DNA from: Octopus sinensis
Lineage: Eukaryota
Assembly: GCF_006345805.1 (NCBI RefSeq)
Contig: NC_042998.1
Location: 189,596,001 to 189,660,000, forward strand
Length of the DNA stretch: 64,000 nucleotides
Direction: 5' to 3'
Each line of letters begins with the position of its first letter. The first letter of the stretch is position 1. Position numbers and translations under genes: made by a program. Shown one piece after another: positions 53,011-64,000 of the stretch. Below the pieces are notes generated by a model. The model was not told the origin of the DNA. It did no database searches and saw only the letters and a program-made list of their open reading frames with translations.

Positions 53011-53077
53011 TCTATATATATATATATGTGTGTGTGTGTGCGTGTGGCGTGTGCGTTTATTTTGAGTGCATATATAT

Positions 53078-53493
53078 CGGTCTCGTGAAAGTTTCAAAAA
53101 AAGGTGGGTGAATGTAGCAAAGATGGTGCGTGCGAGTGACAAAACCACTTTGAGCATGATCCTGTAAATCGAAGAATAAAAGAGAGAGATTGAGAGAGTA
53201 CGTTGCTCTCATGTGTTTATTCTCTCCCTGCCTGAGGTTACCGTGGTCTTTTCCGTAGGCTTTTCCTTCCAAGGATAAACCTAATCTTGCTTCTTATATT
53301 TCTTCTGGGATATAGTTCTTCTGGGATACACGATCCCTTTTGATCGCCTTGTTCCCTTTTTTTCCCGATCTCTTTTGATCAGATTTTTACTTTTTTTCTC
53401 TTTTTCCCCTTTTTCCTTTTCATTTTCGAATAGAACAGCTCTACATTTGTATTTGTCCCCTCTTTGTTCAGCCCTGTGTGGCCAATAAAGAAA

Positions 53494-53495
<2 letters not shown>
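53078..53495 (+). mobile_element. Tx1-like 3' fragment (last ORF2 codons plus 3' UTR) ending in (TATC)n
   Basis: [27 protein letters not shown] (stop 53165-53167) is homologous to the end of the 17165 element. UTR ends TTGTCCCCTCTTTGTTCAGCCCTGTGTGGCCAATAAAGAAA. Confidence 0.8.
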
Positions 53496-53582
<87 letters not shown>

Positions 53583-53585
53583 ATC

Positions 53586-53991
53586 TCTTTTTACTGTTTT
53601 ACTTGTTTCAGTCATTTGACTGCGGCCATGCTGAAACACCGCCTTTAATCGAGCAACTCGACCCCGGGACTTATTCTTTTGTAAGCCCAGTACTTATTCT
53701 ATCGGTCTCTTTTGCCGAACCGCTAAGTAACGGGGACATAAACACACCAGCATCGGTTGTCAAGCAATGCTAGGGTACAAACACAGACACACAAACACAC
53801 ACACGCATATATATATATACATATATACGACGGGCTTCTTTCAGTTTCCGTCTACCAAATCCACTCACAAGGCATTGGTCGGCCCGAGGCTATAGTAGAA
53901 GACACTTGCACTAGATGCCACGCAGTGGGACTGAACCCGGAACCATGTGGTTGGTTAGCAAGCTACTTACCACACAGCCACTCCTGCGCCT
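53586..53991 (-). mobile_element. CORE-type SINE, full length, inside the (TATC)n tract
   Basis: Reverse complement starts TAGGCGCAGGAGTGGCTGTGTGGTAAGTAGCTTGC; ends in a CAGCATGGCCGCAGTC...GAAACAAGTAAAA tail. Confidence 0.88.
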
Positions 53992-53992
53992 A

Positions 53993-54064
<72 letters not shown>

Positions 54065-54350
54065 GTTCTTTTTTTTTTCTCTTCCCCTTTTTTTCCCCTT
54101 TTTTCTTCTTTTTTCATTTCTCTTTCCTTTTGTTCCTTTTCCTTTTCTTTTTTTCTTTTTATTCCTTTTATTTTATTCAATTTTTTTTTGGTTTTTGTTC
54201 TTTTCTTCCCCTTTACGATCCCTCTTGATCGAAAACCTACGCCACCCCTTTTTTTTCTTTTGTTTTTTGTTCTCTTCATCCCCCAAAAGAAAAGCTCTAC
54301 CTTGTAACTTGTCCCATCTGTGTGCAGCCCTGTGTGGCCAATAAAGAAAC
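54065..54350 (+). mobile_element. Second Tx1-like 3' UTR fragment bracketed by (TATC)n on both sides
   Basis: Shares the CGATCCCTYTTGATCG hairpin and the AGCTCTAC...AGCCCTGTGTGGCCAATAAAGAAA end with the 53078 copy. Confidence 0.75.
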
Positions 54351-54458
<108 letters not shown>

Positions 54459-56802
54459 ATACTCACACATTTGTGTAGTTTTTTTTTAGCGGAATGTGTA
54501 AAGAACTGAAGACTGATGAAACTAGTTACAAATATCAACGTGATTTATGTGTTGTAATTCAATGCGAGTCGTTTATGAGTTAAAACTCCTACCTGGAGTA
54601 GATGTTTCCCGTCCATTTCTCAGGGGATCGATAAAATAAATATTTATAATATGCAAAAGTTGATTCACTGACAAAATAACAAGTCAAAAAATAAGTAGCC
54701 TAGAAAATCAATAACATATACTCTAATCTTCCTATTGAGCAATTTTAATCTTGAGTGAAGTTTTACATCACACAAAATTAATCCGTTAATGAATCACGAC
54801 ATCCCCACAGCGCTGGAGTATGCCTCCCATCTTAACACCGTTAATAAGAATGAGAAATGAATATTTACTTGGATAGGATGCTAGAGCGTCGAAGGTAACT
54901 TTTTTTACTTTTTATGATTTGATCAAATGAAAGAGGGGCAGCATCAATGACCTATTGTAGGTCTCGTAGATTGACAGAGGAAAGAGAATATCTAGATACC
55001 CATACATCGGATATCTGGCTTGAATCTTGCAGCATAATGAAGTCCACTAAAGGCATACAAGGACCAGTTGGTATTAAACTGAACGACAGATTACATATAA
55101 TATCCTAGAAAGGGAAAAGTCCATTCGTCCTACAAGCTTCCATTGATGTAATTTAACTAAGACATTGTAGATCCAGGCCGATGGTCGAAGGCAAGCATTT
55201 TTCTCATTAGGATCAAATCCCGTGATTGCAAAGAAAGCTACACGGATGCTTCTAATCCACTCTCTGCTTGTTGAGATTAAATACATATTTATATTTGACT
55301 GATGATATAGAATTTTGTGCAATCGAATATGATTGGTTTAATGAGTAATTAGGCAGATCAGAAAGTATTCTAACAACAATATACGCTTTTATTTTCCTTG
55401 GTTAGTTTCAAAACTTGTTTACACATTTTCAAGCTAAAGGTGTGCGGTGTACGTCTTGCGATTGTTTCCTTTGACAACTCCGAACGCGCCTTTTTGAGTT
55501 TGCTCTTTGGAACAATCTAGATATAGATAGAGAAGATAAAACTTTTACGTCTAGTGTATATATACTCAGTAACGAAGTTGAACGTAATACATAAGACACT
55601 TGCCGAATGAAAATGTTTTTTGGGAGATATATATGCAGAAGTTAAGAGCGACACAGTCATGTTTATTTCATTTAGCGTTCATTTTATTAGGTTTGGTTAA
55701 TTCTTCTTGTCATAATAAAAACAATGTAAAACTATATTTTTCAAGTTAAGGCAAATGTCAATATTTTTGTCAACTTATCTCTCCTACATTATCGAAAGTA
55801 ATCTAATATCAAATTAATCCCTTAAGTTTTGAGCAGGCTAGTGTATCAAAACAATATTGCTACAAGTAAAAAGTATTTTGCCTTACCTGGACACCAATGC
55901 TCTTTAGATAATTAATTCTATTTCAATTTCTAAGATTCTAGAAAATTATTGCGCACTACCGAAGAAGCCTTTATGCGGTCACCCAATCTATAAAAATTTC
56001 ATTCAAATACATTTTAAGGATTAAATAATTAAATATATTAAGTATATAAAGAACTAGTATCATAAGATCTACATAGAATACATCTAATAAATACATCTAA
56101 TAAATATATGCTATTCTCTCTCAAATTACCTTCCTGAACATGGCACGCAAAATGAAAGATTCTGTAGTACCACATGCGGTATCAGAAACACCTTCATGGA
56201 AATAAAGTATTTTACAATGACTCTCGATGTTCAGAAAACATTCCTATCAACTGAACACAGAACATCCATTATTCAAAATTATACTAAAATCAGGCTAAAC
56301 TGACATTTTCAGTAGTTTGCATTTATAAAAACGTGGAATCAATATTACAGAAAAATATCACAAATGTCATTCGTAAAATAATGGGTAACAACGATACAAC
56401 GCATGAAGTTAATAGGCGTATTAATATATATATAAACAAGAACCCCTGGCGCTTCGATTACATCAGGTAATGTGATTTTGCGTTCAGGGGAATTGTAAAG
56501 TATGTCCCCCTACTTTCGGGATACGATCTGTAATTTCGCTCTTATGGTAATTCCAATAAATCAAGAGAAATTACACTTTCTTCTTAGCCAAGAGACTACT
56601 CCTCGGCATTTTAGATAAGATGCAACACAAACAGACACACACACACACACAGAGTTGAGTGGGTAACGCAAGAAAGGGGAACTCAAGTCATTTAGTAGGA
56701 GTTATTTAAAACAGTTTGATTCGACCCCATGTAACTTAAAGTTTTGTAGACTTCTTACAAAGACCTAATTTAAGCCGTATGGAGCCGAATCAAATTGTTT
56801 TA

Positions 56803-57020
56803 AATAATCTTTTCTACTAAAGGCACAAGGCCTGAAATTTGGAGGGAGGGGACTAGTCGATTACATCGACCCCAGTGTTTCATTGGTACCTAATTTATCG
56901 ACCCTGAAAGGATGAAAGGCAAAGTCGACCTCGGCGGAATTTGAACTCAGAACGTAATAAAGGACGAAATGCCGTTTAGCCTTTTGTTCGGCTTGATAAC
57001 GATTCTGGCAGCTCGCCGCC
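56803..57020 (-). mobile_element. SINE, tail type B, full length
   Basis: GGCGGCGAGCTGCCAGAATCGTT head at 57020; tail GGCCTTGTGCCTTTAGTAGAAAAAGATTATT. Confidence 0.88.
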
Positions 57021-57041
57021 TTAATAATGATGATGATGATG

Positions 57042-57110
<69 letters not shown>

Positions 57111-57111
<1 letters not shown>

Positions 57112-57585
57112 GTTTGCTTATTGATCGACATGAGTTTGCTTATTGATCGACATGAGCATCCCCTGTGATCATAATATCTCAGCGAAAGAGTTTGACAAGC
57201 TCAGAAAATATAAAGACCTACTCATTGAAATTGAGAAAATGTGGCATCTCAAGGCGGTTACAATACCAGTGATCGTAGGAGCACTAGGAATGATCAAGAA
57301 GGGAACCGAAAATTATATGAGAATGATCCCTGGCTTAGCATCCCTGCAAGAAGTGCAAAAGATTGTCTTAACTGGTACATCACACGTATTGAGAAGAGCA
57401 TTGTCGATGTGAGAACTGTTGCTGCTCATGTATTTTAATTTAACTTAAAAAAAAAAAAAAAAAAAATGAACGAACTACTGAGTTTGGCTTAATGGCCTAC
57501 CAATGTATGCTATGAGTTTCTTTGCCCTAGGAGTCGGGAAGACACTCGGCAAGAAATGGAAGCAAATTTGAAAGAAAAAAAAAAG
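57111..57585 (+). mobile_element. R4/Dong-like copy 1, 5'-truncated (RLE C-half plus 3' UTR)
   Basis: LIDMSIPCDHNISAKEFDKLRKYKDL.IEI..MW...IPVIVGALG...QKIVLTGTSHVLRRALSM*; (TAA)n on both sides. Confidence 0.9.
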
Positions 57586-57613
57586 TAATAATAATGATAA
57601 TAATAATAATAAT

Positions 57614-58297
57614 GGGGAGTAAAAAAGAAATGACTGAAGCAGTGAAAATGCAGGGAACCATAAAAGTGAGCGAAGCTGTAGATCCAGCATGATTTCAGAA
57701 AGACCAGAGAGAGAGAGCAGATGAAGAAAATTTGGCAAGACAAGAAAATGCACAGTCAGTTCTTGAAGAATAGAGATGAGCTTGATTGGAATGGAACTTC
57801 GCATGGCTGCAGAAGGGAGACTTAAAAGGGCCCACTGAGGCATTGGTGCGCAGCGTTGAAGAACAGGCTCTCAGAACAAACTTCTCCAAATATCACATTG
57901 ATAAAAGCACTGACTCGTAACAGTTTAGGATGTGCCCTTAGATGGGGGGGGGGAAGTATAAACCATATAGTTAATGAGTGTTGTAAGCTCTCAGAACGCG
58001 ATTACGAAAGGAGACACAACAATGTGGCCAGATATGTCCACTGGCTGTTGTGCGGTAAAGCAAATCTTAAGAGAGCCGAACAATGGTATGAACACAAGCC
58101 AGAGGGAATAATGGAAAACGAACATTACAAAATACTCTGGGATTTTAACATAAAGTGCGAGATATCGCGATCATCCACAAAGATGAAAAGGAAGCAAAGA
58201 CAATAGATGTTGCAATACCAGACGATTCGAGGCTAAAATGTAAGGCAACAAAGAAGAGTGAGAAATACCAGCCACTGTGGGACTATCCGAGAGTCTT
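57614..58297 (+). mobile_element. R4/Dong-like copy 2, older subfamily fragment
   Basis: TEALV..EEQALRTN, SINHIVNECCKL..DYERRHNNVARYVHW, MENEHYKILWDF, IDVAIP..KYQPL; (TAA)n on both sides. Confidence 0.85.
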
Positions 58298-58320
58298 TAA
58301 TAATAATAATAATGATGATG

Positions 58321-58397
<77 letters not shown>

Positions 58398-58435
58398 GAT
58401 AGTGATGGTAATGGTGATGATAATAACAATAATAA

Positions 58436-61230
58436 GCCGACTACGGCTGCTATAATGGTACGATTATAATTGTAACGGCAATGATGGCCGTCTCCCCACG
58501 AGCCAATCAAAGCTAAAAAAATGATAACATTATCGTAGCACCAAAATGTTTTTGGAAACTAAAAGGAAAACTAAATCAGTATACCAAATCGCTTGTCCTA
58601 TGGTTAATCTGGAAGCGCGTCCCCCAGGGAAGAGCCAGCCTGGGATCGAAAAGTCATCAACTGGCACAAACTCTTCGAATACGGACATGGATGGTCACTT
58701 GAACGGGAAATCCCCCAACTCGAGCCCTCCAAGTTCACCACCACAACCACCACAGAAAGAAAAATGTAAGCGGAACAAATGGACCCGAGAAGAGTATAAA
58801 GAAGTAATATACGCTTATTACTATGCATTAGGTAGGCCATCTCAAGAGAGACACACCGCAAACTCTTACAGTATATGGAGAACACGGAATCAAGACAGTA
58901 GGCCCTATTTGGACGAGAACAAATTGCAAATGTGAGGAGGGATATCTTTAGAAATAACAGACTCACAGACAGTGAAATAAGCGCGATCAAGCACGCAACG
59001 GAAAATGACATAAATATAAGACACAAAGGAAATGAAGAATCAGATGAACAGTATAGCCCGCCACGAGGCTTAATTGAAAGACTGCCATCTGACCAAAGTA
59101 CGCAAAGGCCTGAAGATACAAGAAATTCTATTGTACCTGTTAAAGATAGCCAGGAAAACGAAAAAACAACAGTAACTGAAGATCTCGCATTTGCTGAAGA
59201 ACACAGAGAGTCTATAGCAGAAATGAGGCAGAAAATCCTGAATACGCTTGAAGTTGTAAGACATACAAGTATGAATGATAGAGAACCGCTTCATAAGCTC
59301 TCAAATACAAACCAAAATAAAAAGCAAATCCAAATTGGCAACTATGTAACAAATGAAATAATACGAGAATTAAAACCTGATTTTACTGAGTTAAATGAAA
59401 TTATTTACGCTTCTGCTAGGGCAATTGAAACCAGCTGTATGCCCCCGAAAAAACAAAGAAAACAAAACCTGGGAAGAAATCAAACCTGGAGAAGTAAAAT
59501 TGAAAAAGAGATTGAATTTATGAGAGGGGAAATATCAATATTAAATGAACTATATGTGGAAATGATGTAAGATCCAGAACAGGAAGAAAGATGAAGAAAA
59601 AATTTGGATCCTCACCAAGAGAAGAACTGATATCAATAAAAGAAACGCTGAAACAAAAAGTCCAAGCAAAAGCCCAAAGAATACGAAGATTTGAGAAGAG
59701 AAACAAGTTTTACAAGCAAAATAAGCTGTTCACATCCAATGCCAAAAAATTCTACAGAGAAATAGGGAAGGAGAAAGTAACCGTTAAAGACCCCCCTCCC
59801 ATGGAAGAAGTTCAAAACTTTTGGAAAGGATTTGGAGTGACAAGAAGACGTACAACATAAATGCAGACTGGATTATACAAACTGAAGGATCCTACCAAAG
59901 TTTACAACAACAAGCATGGGAAGACATCACAATAGCAGACCTAAGAAAGGCACTCACGAAGGCCCATAATTGGAAATCCCCCGGTAAAGATAGGGTGCCG
60001 AATTTCTGGCTCGCATCGCTTCCGTGCGCACACGGTAAGCTAGTTCAGCTGCTCAATGGAATTATGAGAGACCCAAAGAAAACACCTGAATGGTTAGCAA
60101 GTGGCATTACTTACCTACTCCCAAAGAATAACGAAACCAAACTTCCAAAAAACTATCGGCCTATAACCTGTCTATCCACCACGTATAAAATCCTAACATC
60201 TATCCTGGCGGAGAAAACATATGCATTCATGGAGAAGAACGATATTTTCCCCATTGAACAAAAAGGGTGCCGCCGAGGCTCTTACGGATGCAAAGATCAA
60301 CTGCTAATCAATCGTATGATCCTTGAGAACTGTCACAACAAGCGCAGAAATCTCAGCACCGCATGGATTGACTATAAAAAGGCCTTCGACAGTATACCGA
60401 ATCCATGGATCTTGAGATCGCTGGACATCTTCAAAATTTCCCCTGTGATTTCAAACTTCCTGAAGCACAATATGTCGTTGTGGAATACGAATCTCCAATT
60501 ATACTTGCCTCAGAAAATATAAACATCAACTGTGGAATTTTCAAGGTGACTCACTTTCACCTTTAATATTCTGCATAGCCCTAATACCCTTACAAGTGAA
60601 TTAAACAGAACAAGGTATGGGTATAAAATTGCAAAAAAAAAATAAGCCATCTATTTTATATGGATGACTTAAAACTTTATGGTAAAGAAAATAATGAATT
60701 GAAGGCCTATGGCGCACCGTGAAATCATTCAGCAATGACATCGGGATGGAGTGGACTTGAGAAGTGTGCCAAGGCCACTTTCCAGAAAGGGAAAGTGAAG
60801 ACCAAACAAATTCAGTCGTGTTAGAATGTTGACACAGTCATAAGAGAGCTTGAGCAAGAACAAACATACAAATATTTAGGGATAAATGAAGGCTCGTGGA
60901 TTCAGCATGCAAGCATGAAAGAGAAAATCAGGAAGGAATGTTATAGGAGAGTTCGTGCAGTCCTGAAATCTGAACTAATGCACGTAACAAGGTGTTAGCT
61001 ATAAAATCCATAGCAGTTCCAGTTGTTACTTATAGCTACAATGTGTTGAACTGGAATATGAGTGAAGTAAAGAATATAGATAGAAAATACGCAAGCTGCT
61101 GATAGAGAACCGCTCATAAGCTGAGTTTGGTTTAATGGCCTACCAATGTATGCTATGAGTTTCTTTGCCCTAGGAGTCGGGAAGACACTCGGCAAGAAAT
61201 GGAAGAAAATTTGAAAGAAGAAAAAAAAAA

Positions 61231-61231
<1 letters not shown>
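58436..61231 (+). mobile_element. R4/Dong-like copy 3, apparently 5'-complete, frameshifted, nuclease domain deleted
   Basis: N-terminal KWTREEYKEVIYAYY; RT motifs KSPGKD, NYRPITCL, QKGCRRG..GCKDQL, WIDYKKAFDS, FQGDSLSP, YMDDLKL. Jumps at about 61100 into a 3' UTR nearly identical to copy 1; ends in (TAA)n. Confidence 0.92.
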
Positions 61232-61282
<51 letters not shown>

Positions 61283-62436
61283 CAACACACATGCACATAT
61301 ACATAGTATATAGATAATGCTATAATCCAATCTGTGTCCTACGCATCTGCATGTTCTAGTACTTCAAAATTGTATGTAGATATCATAATTGTGTGAAGCA
61401 TGCATTAGAGTGGGAAAATGCTTGAAGTTAGTATTTGCAGAGAGGAAATATAGTGTAAACTAGTATTAGCAAAGTAATTATATATCAAAACAAGAAATAG
61501 GAAAAGATTTTTTCGTATTATTTATTCATCATTACACGTGCTCCATTTACTAATAGTAGTTACAAAATTGTACATGTAAGAAAAACATGCAAAATATCTC
61601 AAATTAGAAATTCTTCCGACAGAGTATTCAAACAGTATTCTTTGATTATTATAGGTATTATTTGAGTCTCTGTCAGAAGAATTTCTAATAGGAAAGTAAG
61701 TTCATAACTAGTGTGTTGGAGGAGGAGTTATCGATATTGTGTAGAGTACGTCTTGGAATCGAAACAAGATGAATGTAATTGTAAGAGTAAAGAAGAAAGC
61801 TTGTCGATATTTATAACTGGATTTATAAATGTAATCAAAGTAAAAAAAAATGTTATGTTCATAAATAGTGAATATATACACACATACGTACGCACACACA
61901 CACATACACACACACATGCAAATAGCAAAAAGGTAGGAATTATTCATTTTAGCTTTTCCAAATAGGTCATATAGTAAATTAAATGATAAAATGAAGTTAA
62001 CTCTAAAAATATTATCCCTCTTTCCCTCAAGCAAATGAATATGTAGAAGAAAGTATTTGAGGCTATTGCATACTAGCTACAGAAACGACAAATGTAGAGA
62101 AAATATTATTAGTTATATAGTGTTTTAGGAAGTTAGACTGAGACACACTTTAGGAGGCGATTTGCACCATTGAGAATTGAACGTTTGGATCAAGGACATA
62201 CTGTATCATAAATAACCAATTACAAAACTCTATTTTATGATGTGTCCTGATATTCAAATGAGTCAGTCAATTTTGGTTTGGTTTGTCATAAATACAGTGT
62301 TTCCTCTGTTCTTGTCTTTTTTTTGTACATCAAAAAAAAAACACTATTCGGAAGATATTTGTAACTTCCAACAACTTTTATCGCTTTTACTTTCGCCCTC
62401 TTTTATCTTTCACTTGAAAGTATCTGACTATCTAAT

Positions 62437-62557
62437 CCATCCACCCATCCATAAATCCACCCATCCACCCATCAATCCATCCATCCATCCATCCATCCAT
62501 CCATCCACCCATCCATCCATCCATCCATCCATCCATCCATCCATCCATCCATCCATC
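62437..62557. repeat. (CCAT)n microsatellite
   Basis: Directly visible. Confidence 0.95.
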
Positions 62558-63116
62558 AATTAGGTCTGTTCGATAAGTGCTGACCTGGGGCGACATAATA
62601 CATTCCTCTATATATCTTTTATACAATGTATATTTTAGTATATGAGCAATAAAACTCTTCGATTTAGATTTAAGCATCATATACATAGAACTGAAAAAGG
62701 AAATTCATGCTACTCAGTCTCGAATACTAATGTAGAATGCGTTGACGCTTATAAATGATAGTCATAAGTAAGCTATTGGATAGACTTAGAGGCATGTTCA
62801 TCAATATGATTTAGGAAAAACTTCACTTACTGTTAGACGGATAAAATTTTTAAATTTCATTACCAACTACTGTTTTAACATGATCTAACACGCATACATT
62901 CGCACGTACGCACACACACACACACGCGCGCGCGCGCGTGTACATATATAGATTGTTTATGAATATAGTGGAATCTACTTCTGATCACTTTGAAATGGAG
63001 CATTTTAGACAACAGTAACCAACTGAAAACATTGAGCACTGAAAACGAGCATTTTGGGGACCCACTAATTTTGACTTTAATAACTGTTTTAGAACATCTG
63101 GGATTATATATATTTA

Positions 63117-63157
<41 letters not shown>

Positions 63158-63529
63158 CCAGAATGTCCAGATGAAAGCACTAGTAGTGTTTCTTTCGAAC
63201 TTCAGAATTGTCAATGCGCAAATGAAATGCTTGAATGGAAGGTTTAAATATATGTAAGAAATTGGTTCTTTAACGTAATCAGTATACTGTGGAATACCTG
63301 ATTGTTAGAAGAGAAGAGGATAGGTGAAATATATATATATAAAGTTGTAGTGCAATATATAGATTCATAGAATTTTGTGGCAATCACAGAAGGGCCCTCT
63401 AGTGGACCCGGCTACCATAGAATTTAGAGTATAATGTAGAATTCTATGTAGCTGAAATCAAGAAGATGCAGTCGATGACCTTATTTTATGAGGAGTATCT
63501 CTCTCTCTCTCTCTCTATTAATAGTTAAT

Positions 63530-63930
63530 ATCTATTAAGGATATCGGTTCTTAATTTTATAAGGGATTATATAGGTGTCTTAAATCATGTTCCCCAAAAA
63601 GTAATTAATAATTACAGCGACGATTCGGATTGCTTTTGATGATACACAAATATTTCCCATGGAATAGGATTGGGAGCAGTAGAATTCTGAATAGACAAAT
63701 ACACAAAAGTCAAGAGAGATTCTCGTAAGAATTTATAATAGAACGATTGCGATTTATGCCACTTTTACGATAACAAATATTACCTTCATACAGAAGGGGC
63801 AGCAGTGGGAATGAAAGTTACACCAACGTTTGCAATATTAGTGATATTTAGGAAAATATCTATGTTCGATTTAGGACTGCTTTTGATCGATATTTCTAAT
63901 CATATTTAAAAGAAAGGTGGAATAGATCTC
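63530..63930 (+). pseudogene. Penelope-like element reverse transcriptase remnant
   Basis: Frameshifted IAFD..YTNISHGIGLGAVEF and FYDNKYYLHTEGAAVGMKVTPTFAILV match the PLE RT motifs 'SFDV.SLYTNIP' and 'YLQ.KGTAMGT..AP.YA'. Confidence 0.75.
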
Positions 63931-64000
63931 AATCTCGGTCTAGTGGAGAAACCCTCACAATGAAGGTAAAGTCGAAAACAAAAACAAAAATTGCCGTAGT

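Noticed and set aside
53057-53272. Apparent minus-strand acceptor (ttcttcgatttacag) and ORF, first considered a Lhx3/4 exon
   Set aside because: The plus strand is the end of a Tx1-like ORF2 and its UTR, which explains the composition.
62908-62942. (CA)n(CG)n potential Z-DNA tract
   Set aside because: Short, and typical of the microsatellite-rich background.
63151-63247. KLPECPDESTSSVSFELQNCQC... as a possible exon
   Set aside because: No polypyrimidine tract, weak donor and no recognisable domain.

Overview
This is AT-rich, microsatellite-dense eukaryotic genomic DNA. The SINE families look cephalopod, most likely Octopus (inference). The only host gene I can support is the 3' part of a LIM-homeobox gene of the Lhx3/4 (Lim3) class on the minus strand. 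It has a homeobox exon at 45126-45449 and a terminal coding exon at 39337-39728, joined by a phase-consistent 5.4-kb GT-AG intron. I could not find the LIM-domain exons, so they probably lie beyond position 64000. The rest is intron or intergenic DNA filled with retroelement debris: several tRNA-derived SINE families, R4/Dong-like elements stacked inside (TAA)n tracts (19.2-22.4 kb, 57-61.3 kb), Tx1/L1-like elements (17.2-18.5 kb, 53-54.5 kb), Penelope-like (PLE) remnants (GIY-YIG at 16.7-17.2 kb, RT at 63.5-63.9 kb), a CR1/L2-type fragment and a decayed Tc1 transposase. The best unexplained signal is two identical head-to-tail 189-bp units embedded in (TA)n (16103-16527). Each carries a minimal type-I hammerhead-ribozyme-like fold and lies immediately downstream of a PLE endonuclease, which is a retrozyme-like arrangement. 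Also notable are several long fold-back structures in Lhx3/4 introns and a pre-miRNA-like hairpin at 56.4 kb. Most entries in the supplied ORF track are microsatellite artefacts. No computation or database search was run; family names come from motif recognition.
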